DNA of 63,778 bases, filler included, from Chrysochromulina tobinii (GCA_001275005.1; 8 parts of 8 records of this genome joined end to end with filler, not necessarily neighbours in it), one strand, 5' to 3'. Positions 12,281 through 24,238 are shown, counted from the first letter of the whole stretch. Notes: generated from the sequence alone by a model not told the origin. Translations and numbers: made by a program.

Positions 12281-15200
12281 CAGGGGTCCCCGAGCTAGAG
12301 CTAGTGGTAACCGCACTTGGTGGTCCGAATTTCAACCTTGTCTGGGTGTCGAGTTATAAACATTGGCTGTGAAAAGTCCGTGTCTGTGAGCGCGGCACGC
12401 GTTGCATGTCGCGAGCATGAGAATGAAGCGGCTGTGACGTGTGCGAGGTGTTGCCCTTCACGCTTTTGAGATTGGTTTGTGCGTGTTGGTGTGTTGTGAA
12501 TGAAAAGGCTGTTTCTCAGCTCTCTGCCTGCATGTGTCTCAGTTGAGGCCTGGCCTGTATTGTATTGTTTTGTCTTCACGGCTGTGCTGCTTTCGTGTTG
12601 TGTGTATTAACATGAATGAAAAGTCGCGAACATGGCCGAATGCGCAATGTCGCGTCGAGCACAAGATATCGAGGCAGACGATGCACCCGCCCAGCCCATC
12701 CAATACGGCGATCTGCGCATGTCGACGGAGCGTGACGGAGGCCAGACGTGCCTCTTTTGGGTGCGCGGCCACCAAGTCTTCACGGGCTGGCTGCCTTTGT
12801 ACCAGCTACACGCCTCACCACCTTCGCTGTGCTACCCTTGCCCAGGTCGTGCCCGACGTATCTCCGGGCTTCAACGTGCCACAGTTCTACGCCCAGTTTG
12901 TGGAGCAGCGCAAGGCTGAGGTCAGCGAACGCGTCGCCCTTGTACAATCGGCTCGTGGCAAGTCACCAAAGACAGCAGTGCCGCGCTAAGAGACGCAGCG
13001 TCACAGAAAAGGTATGGTCATCATTTGTTCGAGTTCGCGTTACAACTTATGCATCGCATGGCCAATTTAAAGAAGTGTGCTATGTGCAACTCTTCCACCA
13101 GTCTTTCACTTCGCGACGCTCGTCACTAAGGCTCCACACAGGGGTTAACACATAGGCCGATACGATAGGCGGCTCCTCGCTCCAATTCGGCCACGCTAGG
13201 GCACACCACTTTCCACCACTTCACACCAGCGACCACGGCTTAGGGCTTACGCGCTTACCACGCGGCACGACTCGCAGAACTCTCTTGAACTTCTCTGTAC
13301 GCTACCGCGCTCTCTCCGTCGATACCTTGCGTCGATACACGATAGCTCGATACCGCTTTCATGCACACCCTATTTGTTCCTATTTGCCGACTGAGTCGCT
13401 TAATACATGTTACGATGTTACGACATGACCACAGCGACTTGAACTTGAACTTGAGCAGCGACCAGGTCGTTGTCGTACGACTGCATCATCTTCATTCTCA
13501 CATTCTGACGTAGCTCGTAGGGAGGAACCCCCACGTCCTGACCGAACTAAAAAGATCAGGAAAAGGTTGAAAAACATGGATTGCTAATGAAGATTGGACT
13601 CGCGGCACCTGCAACTGGTGTGGTCACACAGTTGTTCACACTGACATTCGAGATACATATCACGAGTTCAGAGACGAAACCTAATTCAGGATCCTAATTT
13701 GTCAACACGCAATCAACGCGTCTACGGCCTTGAGCGCGGCGGAAGAACAAGATCACCGTCTTGATTATCTGAGTGGTGCCTGGTTCGAGGCCGGCGCTGC
13801 TGGCGGACGGGCCGCAGCAGGGGTTGACACTGCTGGAGAGTCTCATGGATCCGCCCGGCGATGGCGCACCCGTACTCACCGGGTTTGCGGGCATGGAGAT
13901 GATCAACGAAATGTTCCAGCGCCAGGCTCGACGAGTGGAGGCACAGCTGCAGCAGCAGGCCAACGATCGCCGAAGAATCGACGTGTCGAATGCGCAGTTG
14001 CTCGTGATGCAGTCGCAGCTGATATGGCACGCAAAGCACTACCAGGACCGCTCGGATCAGGTGGCCCAATCAGCGGAGACCATCGTGCAGATGCACAACT
14101 ACATAGAGCAGATGGCAGCCGAGCAGGCACGATCGGTCAGCGTGGCGCAGCAGCTGTCGGCCGATGTGGCGTCGATGCGCGAACAGCTCGAACCACATAA
14201 GCTCAAGGCCGTCCACCGCGACTTGTCGGAGATCGCAAAAGGCACGACGCACCTGGCCTCTCTGCCCTACGTCGGTGAGCTATTCACGGGCGGGGTCACG
14301 GGCGGGGCCTCGTCGTCTTTCGCGCACCTCTCGTCCTTATCTTCGCTGTCGGATGACCACCGGATGCGTGAGCTGATTGAGAGCAAGAAGTCGCGCAAGT
14401 CGGCAATCGGCTCGTCTGCCTCGCAGCGCAGCCCCGCCTACACGCACTTGCGCTCGTCCACGGACCACTACAGTCACGACAGCAGCTGCTCCGACTCGGC
14501 CGACGCCTCCGCAGCGTCCACTGTCCTTTCCATCGCCAAGCGACACCCGAGCTCCTCTCATGCCGCAGGCGCATCGCACGCCTCCTCGCATGCCTCCTCA
14601 GGCACCCGAGGCACGGCAGTGGAGGACTCTCACGAGAACTCTCACGAGCCGCCACCCCTCACGACGGAGCGACTGAGTTGCCTCGATGCTGCAAGAAACA
14701 CCGCGACACCCATCGCCGAGATCGCGCCGAGCGCTGCTTTCGCCACCACCGCAGCCGCCTCGTCCAGTTTCGTTGCCCTCAGCAGCGCCGTAGGCGGCGG
14801 CGGGCCGCCCAGCTTTCTTCACCCACTGCATGGTCTGCTACCGTCACATGGTCACGATCCCGCCTCCCCTGCCTTGCGTGGGGCCGTACCGATGCCTTCC
14901 GTGCCGTTGGCCACAGCGCCACTGGCCTCCGGCATGGTCGCGGGCGCCTCTGCGAAGGTCATGCAAGGCGTGCTCCCCTACCCGGGACAGTGCCTTCTTG
15001 AATTTCAGCAAGGCGTAGTCACCGACGAAGCCCTTGAGCCCTTCGTGCCGGACTCGCTCGCGTCGTGGAAGCCGCCGCCTCTGCCGCCCCTGCCGTCACA
15101 ATCGTCGCAGCAGCCCTGGCGACCGGCGCTCGCGGCGTTCGCGCCCGTGCCGCACGCGCTGACGACACTGCCCCCACCGACGGCGGCCCCAATAGCGTCG

Positions 15201-15910
15201 CCGAGCAGCCAGCCGCCCAGCTACCTCTCGCACCCGACTGGGCTTCACCGCGCTCCGACGCTGAGTGAGCCTCCTGCCAAGCGCTCCGCCACCTCGGTCG
15301 AAAGTCTCCCTCCTGGCGCAGTGCTGCCCGGTGAACTGGCGCCAAGCAGCCGCGACCGTTCGCCGCATGCAGGATGGCCCCGCACCGAATACGTCGCTAG
15401 CGCCGCCGTCGAGCGCGGCAGCGAAGGCGGCGGGAATGCGGCCGACTATATGCACAGCAAGGGAGCCATCGAGTAAGGTGGAGACGGGATGGTGCGGGCA
15501 GCAGCGACATTGACTTATGTCACTGCAAGCGCACCATTGTGCCGCGCCGCGGATACAGAGGCTGCGGTCGTTGGACGTCTGCGGGTAGTTTGCGGTGTGC
15601 CGTCGTGCCGATCGATACGGCCGTCGCTCTTGGCTCTTGGCTGTAACTTGGATCTTGGTTTGTGGGTGTAAAGGATGTCAAGTTCAAGTTGAACTTGAAC
15701 TTGAACTACGAAAGGATGAAGCGCGGTCGACAAGTATATTTACTCCTGTATAGTATTCAAACTTTGTCTTTGCTCAACATATCTTGCTTTCGGGCAGCCT
15801 TTCACAGCCAATGTTTATAACTTGACACCCAAAACACCGAACCGGCGTACATACGTGTCTCGTGTGCGGTTCTACAACTGCGAACTCCGGAACTGGCTCG
15901 GGGACCCCTG
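12281..15910. mobile_element. Putative non-autonomous hAT-like element bounded by imperfect ~95-110 bp inverted termini
   Basis: CAGGGGTCCCCGAGC at 12281 is the reverse complement of 15896-15910; inner block 12343-12374 matches revcomp of 15800-15831 at 31/32 nt. No TSD and no transposase seen. Confidence 0.6.
13845..15476 (+). CDS. Hypothetical protein: N-terminal coiled coil, Ser/Pro-rich low-complexity C-terminus
   Basis: Long uninterrupted ORF (13773..15476) with host-like GC-rich codons; no family motif recognised. Confidence 0.6.
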   Translation: MDPPGDGAPVLTGFAGMEMINEMFQRQARRVEAQLQQQANDRRRIDVSNAQLLVMQSQLIWHAKHYQDRSDQVAQSAETIVQMHNYIEQMAAEQARSVSVAQQLSADVASMREQLEPHKLKAVHRDLSEIAKGTTHLASLPYVGELFTGGVTGGASSSFAHLSSLSSLSDDHRMRELIESKKSRKSAIGSSASQRSPAYTHLRSSTDHYSHDSSCSDSADASAASTVLSIAKRHPSSSHAAGASHASSHASSGTRGTAVEDSHENSHEPPPLTTERLSCLDAARNTATPIAEIAPSAAFATTAAASSSFVALSSAVGGGGPPSFLHPLHGLLPSHGHDPASPALRGAVPMPSVPLATAPLASGMVAGASAKVMQGVLPYPGQCLLEFQQGVVTDEALEPFVPDSLASWKPPPLPPLPSQSSQQPWRPALAAFAPVPHALTTLPPPTAAPIASPSSQPPSYLSHPTGLHRAPTLSEPPAKRSATSVESLPPGAVLPGELAPSSRDRSPHAGWPRTEYVASAAVERGSEGGGNAADYMHSKGAIE

Positions 15911-16074
15911 CTTCCCCTGGACCCCTTATCACAGCCATACTCGATCAGCCGCCGGGCCGGGCCGCTTTACGCTTAGCCCCGCCCGGTCGCCTTAAGCGCG
16001 TCCTTGATAAGGCGCATCTTCATATCGGTGTCTTTCACACACGCTATTCATAACCGCTTACGGTTGACGCGGCT

Positions 16075-17325
16075 ATGGCAGTCAACAGCCTTGGCGAGCT
16101 GCCAGTTCTCTCTCAAATTTCGGCCGCCGCCCCCTATCTGACCGCCGCGCTGCATATTCTGCGCACGCTGGAGCGCGAGATCCGAGCCATTGCCAGCACG
16201 CCAGGCTCCAAGGAGGCAATCGCAGCCGAGGCACTCCGCACGCGAAGCACAGAGCTTGCAGCCCAAATTGCTCGCCTCGAAATTGAGGCGCGCACGGCAA
16301 GACTCGAACAGCAGCTTGCAGTGCCCGTGCGAACGGTGCAGCGTCAGGGCGGATCCACCGCCACCCAGCCCGATGATGGCAGCGCATCTTCGGTGGGCGC
16401 CGTCGTCGCAACGCTCCGTGCCAAGGTCGCGCAGGCGGAGAAGGACGCGAAGGCTTACAAGGCGCGTATTCGGAGTGTCGAGACCCTCGAGCGTTCCAAG
16501 GCAGATCTTTCCGACAAGGTGGAGGCTCTCGAGACGCGTCTGCTCGCGAGCGAGGGTGCAGCTGCTGCACACGAAGCCACGCTCGAGGAGATGAGGCGTC
16601 GGGCGGTCGTGGCCGAGGCGAAAGCCGAGGCGCTCAAGAAGGAGCTCAAGCGCGACATTCGAGACGTGGCGCAAGAGCGCCACTCGCAGGCTGAGATTCT
16701 GCGGCGCGTCTCGGAACTCGAGGGTGAGCTGCAGAGGGCGCTGCTTGGGCGCGCGACCATGGAGAGGCGCGCGGAGGTGTGCGAGGCCGAGCTTGTCGAG
16801 TCGCTCGCCAAGCTGTACACGCTCGAGCGAGAGAAGCAGGGTGGCGCGGCGGGCGGCGCGGCTCGGGTCGGCACCTCGGCCGTCCCTCTGACCGAGGAGA
16901 ATTTACGGCTGGTCGACGCGTGTCTGGAGGAGGCAACCCGCGCAGTGACTGAGAGCGCTGTCGCGCCCTCGAAGCGCGGCGAAGCGCCGTGGCGAGCCAA
17001 GGCTTGGCTCGACACGCTCGCACTCGGCGGGCTGATGGCGGACGTGCTTCTGCGCCAGCTTCGCATGCGGCTGGACGCGACGGAGCCACTCGAGCGCGCC
17101 TTCCTCGTATCGGTCAAGCAGCGTGGCGGCCGTCGGCTCTTGCGCTCGCTGCTCCTCGAGGCGGACGTGGTCGAGCAGCTGAGCGAACGGTTGTGGATGG
17201 CGCTCCAGGCCTTGCCCGATGCAAACGACGGTGGTGGTGGTGGTGTCGCGCCGTTTGCGCCCCAAACCCTCCAGTATCAGGGTTTCGAGCAGCAGCACAT
17301 GAGGCAGCCCCAGCAGCGTTTCTAA
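16075..17325 (+). CDS. Hypothetical coiled-coil protein
   Basis: 416-aa ATG-started ORF with E/A/R/L heptad-like composition. Confidence 0.65.
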   Translation: MAVNSLGELPVLSQISAAAPYLTAALHILRTLEREIRAIASTPGSKEAIAAEALRTRSTELAAQIARLEIEARTARLEQQLAVPVRTVQRQGGSTATQPDDGSASSVGAVVATLRAKVAQAEKDAKAYKARIRSVETLERSKADLSDKVEALETRLLASEGAAAAHEATLEEMRRRAVVAEAKAEALKKELKRDIRDVAQERHSQAEILRRVSELEGELQRALLGRATMERRAEVCEAELVESLAKLYTLEREKQGGAAGGAARVGTSAVPLTEENLRLVDACLEEATRAVTESAVAPSKRGEAPWRAKAWLDTLALGGLMADVLLRQLRMRLDATEPLERAFLVSVKQRGGRRLLRSLLLEADVVEQLSERLWMALQALPDANDGGGGGVAPFAPQTLQYQGFEQQHMRQPQQRF

Positions 17326-17691
17326 GGCCCACTCGGTGTCGTGCAACCATGGTGGCGACCGGGTTAGCAGCGACGTGGTACTACTCGAGGATCTCTACCG
17401 CACCGCACGCACAAGACCGTTGCAAGCCGGTCGACCTTTAAATGTTGTAAAAAGTCTTCACATCTGCAAAGACGACCAAACTTCGCTTTGAGAGGACCAC
17501 ACACGAAAGTATAAGTAAGATTATCCGCGGGAGCTTCCGGAGCTACGACTCGAGCCGTGCGACGACGCACCCGGCCGGCGCGATAATTCACAATATTTAC
17601 ATCCGAGGTCACAGGTCCAGGTCTGGGCTCTGGCGAATCGAACGGCGAGCCGATCCGAGAACCCGGAACGTGACGCGTCGCCATCGCCCTC

Positions 17692-18309
17692 TCAGACAAT
17701 GCGCGACGACGGTAGAGCTGAGCTAGGTCCATAGCCGTGGGAGGGAATGAGGCATGCGTGCCGCCTGCGATCCACCACAGCCGAATTGCAACCTCTCAGC
17801 AGTCGTTCGTGATCGCATAGCTGTTGGCAGAAACCGGCGTTTGGCTTAATGGCAGGTCTTATGCGCTTGACGTGCGCCCAGGCGTCGATGAGACTCATAT
17901 CGGTCAGGTGCATCAAAAGACCCAACACCACAGTTGGCGAGCGGGACACTCCTGCTTGACAGTAGACGAGTACAGTCCGTCCTGTTTTGAGGTGTGGAGT
18001 AATCCAAGACAGCACGCGAGACAAGTGCCCAGGGAGCAAGTCGGTCTCAGGTGTGTCGCTGACATTGACGTGGAGGTAGCGAAAATGGTCTGGATGAAGA
18101 CTGGGGTCTTGAGTGCAGTTGATGCAGGCATGCACTCCAATATGTTGAAGAAGCCGCAGGCAGCATGCTGCCTCTCGGTTCCCCAGCCACAAATTTGGGA
18201 GGACCTCTGCAATATGGCGCCTCCACATGGCGGAATGAGGCTCGGCAGCGACTGCGACCGAACCGCCACCGACAGCTGATTGCGGCCTTGATGAGTGGAC
18301 GGCCCCCAT
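17692..18309 (-). CDS. Dual-specificity protein phosphatase (atypical DUSP), possibly N-myristoylated
   Basis: EVLPNLWLG, VSD general-acid loop, VLVYCQAGVSRS (CX5R), IKPNAGF; proposed start MGAVHS fits MGxxxS. Confidence 0.9.
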   Translation of the reverse strand: MGAVHSSRPQSAVGGGSVAVAAEPHSAMWRRHIAEVLPNLWLGNREAACCLRLLQHIGVHACINCTQDPSLHPDHFRYLHVNVSDTPETDLLPGHLSRVLSWITPHLKTGRTVLVYCQAGVSRSPTVVLGLLMHLTDMSLIDAWAHVKRIRPAIKPNAGFCQQLCDHERLLRGCNSAVVDRRRHACLIPSHGYGPSSALPSSRIV

Positions 18310-18771
18310 TAGAAAGCCAGCCGTCCCTCTGTCAAAAGACCGTTTCAGAACATGAGGCTCGATTGGGTTACCGGTACAATTGTGCAAGCAACTTTTTTTC
18401 TCGGCTAGCCAGCTAACCGATCCGTCTCTATTCAACACGTTACCGGTACTAGACGGCCAGCATATCTTCCATATTCGAACAAAGCCGGCGAACCGGGGGG
18501 GTGTGCGCGGGTGCGCGGGTGCGCGGGTGCGGGCGTGCGGCTCATTCTGATTCTCTGCGGATACATATTCAACATGGACATGCCGCGGATGGATCAACTT
18601 GCGATGATGGTTGATGCGAGTTTCGGCGAGCTGTGCTCCGTTTCAGTGCCCTGGTATGCGTCCTCTGGGCCGCACACCGCGAAATTGATGATTCATCACA
18701 TCGATCCGAACTCAGATCTGCTTTCCGGAGAAGTCCTCGTGACCTGATTCATCAGAAAGTAGGGCGTCGCC

Positions 18772-21700
18772 TCAGTACTCGTGGCTGGGGCTTCGCGCGA
18801 AGCTCACGGCACGGCGAGCGGATGTGCCCGACTGGAAGAGCTCCTTATCCTTGAGCTTTGAGCGCTTGCCATCGCTCGCTGATGCGCCCGCCGGCCAAGA
18901 CGGAACGCGGCGGGCGGGACGCCCATGGCCATAAGGCGAGCCCCCCTTGAGTGGCGAGGCTTTGCTCGGGGAGGACGGCGTCGCCTTCGGCCCTCGGCGA
19001 GACGGGGAGGGCGCAGCCCGTGGCGACGGCCCCGGGCTTGGCTCATGCAGCCCGTGATGATGGGATCTCGGTGGACGTTTGCTCGCCCGCACTGCCCCTC
19101 GCGCCCAGCGGCTTGAAGTGGGGCTAGTTGCGGCAGCAGGGCCCGCGCTGCCGATGGGCGGCGGGGTGGACCATGCTGTAGAGCCCTCGCCCACGACGAC
19201 GCCCCCGTGGCCATGCCAGCGCGCCGGAGGCGGCGTGGTGAGCTCATGCGAGCGGCCGAGGGATCGGGTCGAGGAGGCAGATGCGCTCGAGGAGGGCGTG
19301 GGCGGCGCGCCGGAGGCGATGTTCCGACCGGGCGATGCCAGCAGACCTGAAGCATCTGCCAGGGAACGGCTCGTCGGGCGCCGGTTGCTGCCTGCCGCCT
19401 TGCCCGCAGCTTTGCGAGCGCTGGGACGGCGCGGCCGTGCGGACGCGTGGGGGCGGCTCCGACCCCGCCGACCTCGCTCACTCTCGCTACTTCCTTCGCT
19501 CAGCTCATCGTCACTGCCTGCGGCTCGGTCGTCGTCATCGGGAAGCTCCAACGGCCGCGGCGGCAACGGCCGCGGCGGCGCAGTCACATTGGCCACATTG
19601 GGCACATTGGTCCGCCATCCGGTACGAGCTCTGCCGTGTGCGTGGAGCGAATCGCTCTCGCTGCCGCTGTCGCTCTCTGGCTCGGGCTCCTCCTCCACGT
19701 CATCGTCGCTGCTGAACGCAGCGTGCTGGTGCTGATGGTGCTGGTGCTGGTGGTGCTGGTGGTGCTGGTGATGGTGCTGGTGGTGCTGGTTACACTGATG
19801 CTCATGGTTTTGGTGGCGATCCTCCTCCTCCCGCGCCGAGCGCCGGTGCCGATGCCGGTGGCTCGAGCCTGCCGCCCCATGCGCCTGTGCCATTCCCTTG
19901 TCGAAGAGGTTCTTTTGCACGGGGTGCCTCACGCCGGCGTCGCCGGGGCTAGAGCTAGGGGCCAGGACGGGGAGCGGAGGGAGCGCCGACTTGATGCTGC
20001 TGAAGAGCGAGCCGAAGCCCTTTTGTAGGTTGTCGACCGCTCCGCCGACCGCGCGCCCTGCCGCGTCCGCTGCCTTGCCCGCATTCTCTGCGACCGTCTT
20101 CGAGGCCTCCGCGGCGGCCTGAGCGGCTGCCTTGCCCGCGTCCTCGACAGCCTCAGCGGTGGCGCTCACCACCTCGGCAGGTGTTTGCGGCGTGCGCCCG
20201 CCCGCTCCAAATGAGGCTCGGCGACTGGCGGCGTGAGGGATTCGCCCGGTGGGCGTGCGGTGCGGGTGCGCGGCCGTGGGCGCCGTGGTGGTCGCCGTCG
20301 GTGAGGGCGGCAGCGGCGGGCGCGCATCGGCGCGAGCGTTCCCAAAGGAGGCCCGCCGCACCGCCGCACGTCCAAACGAGGCGGGGCGTCGTACTGGCGG
20401 CACGCCCTCCTCGTCCTCGTCGACCTCGTCGTCCTCCGAGATTGGCTCCTCATCAGCACGCTCATCAGCACGCGAGGGCGTCGTCTCGGTGCCCCAGTTC
20501 GCGCCGCCGCCGAGCTTGAGGCCCTGGAAGAAGGAGGCGAACGACATGGGCTTTGGCGCGGGAGGCTTCTCCCCCACGGCCACGCCGAGCCTCCCGAGCT
20601 GCGACTCGAGGTGTCGAATGCGCTCGAGCTGCTTCACCTCCTTCTCTGCCGCGAGCTGTGACTTGAGTCGAAGCTCCACCTCAGTCATCCGAAGCATCTC
20701 GCGCAGCATCGCCTCGGGCGTATCCATCTGCTCGCGCTGCTGCTTGAGCTGCTCGGAGAGCGCCCCATTCTCAGACGTGAGCTGCGCCACGTGTACCTCC
20801 TTGACCTGCACGCGTCGCTTGAGCAGCTCGATCTCGCGCTCAGCCATCGCAATGTCTGTGCCGCGCTTCTCAGCCAGGTGGCGCGCCCGAGACGCCTCAT
20901 CCGCACGGCGCTCGGCCAATGCCTGTGCGGCCATGAGCTCGCGTAGCCCCTCCGCTTTCGCCTCGGTCAGCTCCTCCACCGCAGCGGCCCGCGCGCCGAG
21001 CTGACTTTGCAGGGCGGCGAGCTCGAGTGATCTGCTCTCGTCGCGCTCGGCGGCGAGCTGCAGCTTGGACTCGAGCGCACGCACGGCAGCGTCCTTTTGA
21101 AGCAGCAGCCGCTCAAAGGACGCTGTGCTGGTCTCGAGGAGCGTCGTATGCGCCGCCTTTTCGCGCGAAGCTATCCCGATGAGCTCCGCTGAGGCTCGCA
21201 GCTCCCCGCTCGCCGCTCGCAGCTCCCCGCTCGCCTCTGCTCGACGTGCCGTCTGCAGCTCCGCCTCTGTCGAGTGCAGCTGGCGCTCCGCTGCACGTCG
21301 CTGCGCCACGGCCTCGGCCGCCTCCTCGCGCGCGTCTGCTGCCTGACGCATCGCCGCCTGCAGCTGCCGACGGCATGCGCCAGATTCCTCTTCGAGGCTC
21401 GCGATTCGATGGGCGTCGTCGGCCTGGCGCAGCTGGAGCATCTGGAGCTGCTGGCGCAGCCAGTGCGCCTCAAGCTCGGCCGAGCGGGACGCACCTTGAA
21501 GCACGCTCAGCTCGTCCGAGGTGCGCGTCAGCCGCTTCTCGAGCGCCTCGTGGTTCGCACGCGACGCCTCGAGTTCCGCCTCCAACTCCTGCTCGCGCGC
21601 CGCGGCCGCGATCGAGGCCGCCGCCGCGAGCCGACCCTCCTCACGCACGCGATCGAGCGCCCCGCGTGCTTCCGCGAGCTGAGCTGCGGCTGTGCGGGCG

Positions 21701-23115
21701 GCCTCTGCATCGGCAGAGGACTCTCCGGTCGCGGCATCCTCCGACTCGGCGCCGTCCGATTGGCGCAGTGAGGCGATGCCGCCGCCCGCCGCGAGCTGCT
21801 CGTGCAGCCTCGCAATCTCCGCGGTGAGCTCGCGAATACGCCGCTTGTCCTCCTTGGCCTCGTTCTTATTCTTCGTGTTCGTGATCTTCTTGGCGCGCTG
21901 TGCGTACTTGAGCGTCGCCAAGCTCTCTCGCAAATTACGTGCCTCGGGCGAGACGGTAGCGAGCATCACCGTCACCGTGTTGCCACCGAGTGACTCCTCG
22001 AGCAACCGCGTGAGCTTCGAGGAGCGATACGGCACGTGGGTGGCCGCCGCAGCCTCACCCTTCGCCTCCGCCCCGCCACGCGCCGTCCCGCCCTTGGGCG
22101 TCCCCTTCCCCGCGGCCGCTGCTCCTTCGGTGAGGGCATTGATCACGTTGCCCAGCGCCGAGAGACTCTTGTTGATGGCGGCCCCCTCCTGGAGCTGAGA
22201 CGTGGATGCCGTGAGGTCGGCCCGCTCCGAGCCGGCCAGATCGACGAGACTGATCTTGGCGGAGAGCGTGCGCGTCGAGCCGTCTGCTTCTGCGTGCCGC
22301 TGCCGAAGCATGATCGTCATAATCGCGTGCGATCGCGACGAACGCTCGTTCATACGGGTCGCCGCCACCTGCCGCGCCCGGTTACCCTCAGCGATGAGGC
22401 GTTCGACTTCCTCGTGGTTTGATACCTGCACCTCGGTGAGACCCTCAACGTAGATGCCGGTGCTCACGTGCTGCCTGATCTTGAGCCTCGTGTTCCCTGG
22501 CGTGAGCAAGTCGCAAAGCACCTCGTTGTACAGCTCCACATACGTCGCCGTCACCTCGAAGGCGGCGCTCGACGGTGCAGAGTGCACGCGCTCGAAGAGC
22601 TCGACTGCGAGGCGGGGCACAATACCCAGCTGTGTCGGGGTGCCCATGATGCTGTGGCTCTTGCCGCTGCCCGTCTGCCCATACGCAAAGATCGTGCCGT
22701 TGTAGCCCTCAAATGCGTAGTCGAGGATCTGGCTGCCAAGGTCATCGTACACCTGCTCCTGCGTTGCCTCTGGGCCATAACAGTGGTCGAAGGCAAACTG
22801 CGCCGGCTCGCCTTTGACGCCGGCTCCCGTGATGGTCATCTCATTGCCTGTGCAGCTCACCACAGAAGCCTTCGCGTCGAGGCCGCCGCGCACGCGGACA
22901 GCGACTTTGATGTTGACGCTTCCGCCTCCATCGGAACCGGCGCTGATCGCACGCCTCTTTGCTGAAGGCTTGCGCGCTGGCGTTGCCGTCACCGCCGGCG
23001 TCTCCGCCATCAGCGGAGCTGCGCCGCTGCGGGCAGCCCCGTCCAAAACCGGGGCTTCGGCCGACCGAAGTTGAGCGTTGAGAACCGACCACGAAGTGTT
23101 GCCCAGAAAGTACAT
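18772..23115 (-). CDS. Kinesin-like protein: N-terminal motor, coiled coil, disordered His/Ser/Pro-rich tail; likely start near 23010
   Basis: IKVAVRVR, FAYGQTGSGKS, MNERSSRSH, LVDLAGSE, HVPYRSSKLTRLLEESLGGN. Confidence 0.93.
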   Translation of the reverse strand: MYFLGNTSWSVLNAQLRSAEAPVLDGAARSGAAPLMAETPAVTATPARKPSAKRRAISAGSDGGGSVNIKVAVRVRGGLDAKASVVSCTGNEMTITGAGVKGEPAQFAFDHCYGPEATQEQVYDDLGSQILDYAFEGYNGTIFAYGQTGSGKSHSIMGTPTQLGIVPRLAVELFERVHSAPSSAAFEVTATYVELYNEVLCDLLTPGNTRLKIRQHVSTGIYVEGLTEVQVSNHEEVERLIAEGNRARQVAATRMNERSSRSHAIMTIMLRQRHAEADGSTRTLSAKISLVDLAGSERADLTASTSQLQEGAAINKSLSALGNVINALTEGAAAAGKGTPKGGTARGGAEAKGEAAAATHVPYRSSKLTRLLEESLGGNTVTVMLATVSPEARNLRESLATLKYAQRAKKITNTKNKNEAKEDKRRIRELTAEIARLHEQLAAGGGIASLRQSDGAESEDAATGESSADAEAARTAAAQLAEARGALDRVREEGRLAAAASIAAAAREQELEAELEASRANHEALEKRLTRTSDELSVLQGASRSAELEAHWLRQQLQMLQLRQADDAHRIASLEEESGACRRQLQAAMRQAADAREEAAEAVAQRRAAERQLHSTEAELQTARRAEASGELRAASGELRASAELIGIASREKAAHTTLLETSTASFERLLLQKDAAVRALESKLQLAAERDESRSLELAALQSQLGARAAAVEELTEAKAEGLRELMAAQALAERRADEASRARHLAEKRGTDIAMAEREIELLKRRVQVKEVHVAQLTSENGALSEQLKQQREQMDTPEAMLREMLRMTEVELRLKSQLAAEKEVKQLERIRHLESQLGRLGVAVGEKPPAPKPMSFASFFQGLKLGGGANWGTETTPSRADERADEEPISEDDEVDEDEEGVPPVRRPASFGRAAVRRASFGNARADARPPLPPSPTATTTAPTAAHPHRTPTGRIPHAASRRASFGAGGRTPQTPAEVVSATAEAVEDAGKAAAQAAAEASKTVAENAGKAADAAGRAVGGAVDNLQKGFGSLFSSIKSALPPLPVLAPSSSPGDAGVRHPVQKNLFDKGMAQAHGAAGSSHRHRHRRSAREEEDRHQNHEHQCNQHHQHHHQHHQHHQHQHHQHQHAAFSSDDDVEEEPEPESDSGSESDSLHAHGRARTGWRTNVPNVANVTAPPRPLPPRPLELPDDDDRAAGSDDELSEGSSESERGRRGRSRPHASARPRRPSARKAAGKAAGSNRRPTSRSLADASGLLASPGRNIASGAPPTPSSSASASSTRSLGRSHELTTPPPARWHGHGGVVVGEGSTAWSTPPPIGSAGPAAATSPTSSRWARGAVRASKRPPRSHHHGLHEPSPGPSPRAAPSPSRRGPKATPSSPSKASPLKGGSPYGHGRPARRVPSWPAGASASDGKRSKLKDKELFQSGTSARRAVSFARSPSHEY

Positions 23116-24079
23116 GTACGCTCTGGCGTTTACGTTGAGTGTGACGACGAGTGGCGTTTATTTTTCTGGGCTCTTTTGTTACATGTAACATTTTCTGGGC
23201 TTTCTTGTTAACAGTGAAACAGGACACAGTGAAGACCGGGAACCGAATCTAAGACACGCTCTGGGAAGCGTTAAGCGGGTAAAGGTTAGAGCAACCGGTG
23301 ATCTGCGAGCCCACCCGCACGAAGTGGTGGGGCACAGGCCGGCGCTCCCCGCGTGTCGAAGACTGGTTACAGATACCCCTCCGTGGCAAGTGGCATGTTG
23401 ACTCAGGCGCAGTGGGCGTGGGAGAGGGGACGCGCGCCGCGCGGCGGGCAGTGTGCCAAGGATAGCGCGACGGCTCCGAGAGAAAAAATAAACTTCATCC
23501 TCGCCGTGGCTCGTGCCGGCGAAGGGCAACAAGTCCCTCGTCCCTCGCCGTTCCACTCAGTGTGGTTGTTTTCAGAGAGGGTGTGAACGAGGGCTCGCAG
23601 GCGAGCCGGCCAACCGGCCCGGCCGAGCATGCATGCATTGTGTTCCACATCCATATCGTATCCATATGCGGAAGGGGCGAGCACCGGTACGTCGCCCCTT
23701 GTCCGCTTCGCAAGTGAGCGACGAGTCAGGATTGTTTATCACGCTGTGGCCTGTGGGTCCGCTCCACTACGATCCGGGCATTCGCATCGCCGGTGCGAGG
23801 CCACCCAGGGCTCTATAGCCTGGCTCCCCTTGCCGACCTGTATCGCTTCGCTCCGGGCATCTTTCACACGGCCGAGCGCGACCTGGTCGACTCTCCATTT
23901 CGGCTTGTCCGAGATCGGCATGGAGATCGGGGCAGATTGCTGAAGATTGCTGGAGATCGGCCCCCACATGCGTCGGCGAATCGGCCCCGCCCGGCCCCGA
24001 GCGTCTGCCGCCCCGACGTGCCGCCTCGACGCGATGGTGACGCGCCACAGGCCCCACGCAGCGAGACATCCCGAGTGAG

Positions 24080-24238
24080 AGGGTCCCGCCCTGTACCCTC
24101 TAGACCCCTTTTCTGGACCCTCTGGACCCCTGGACCCCTGGACCCCTCTTGGACCCCTGGACCCTCGGGACCCCCAGGCTGGACCCCTGGACCCTCTGGA
24201 CCCTCCTCTGTACCCTCCGGGACCCGCCGGGACCCTCG
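24080..24238. repeat. GGACCC(C)T-type low-complexity tandem repeat at a contig end
   Basis: Repeated ctggacccc / ggaccct units. Confidence 0.75.
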
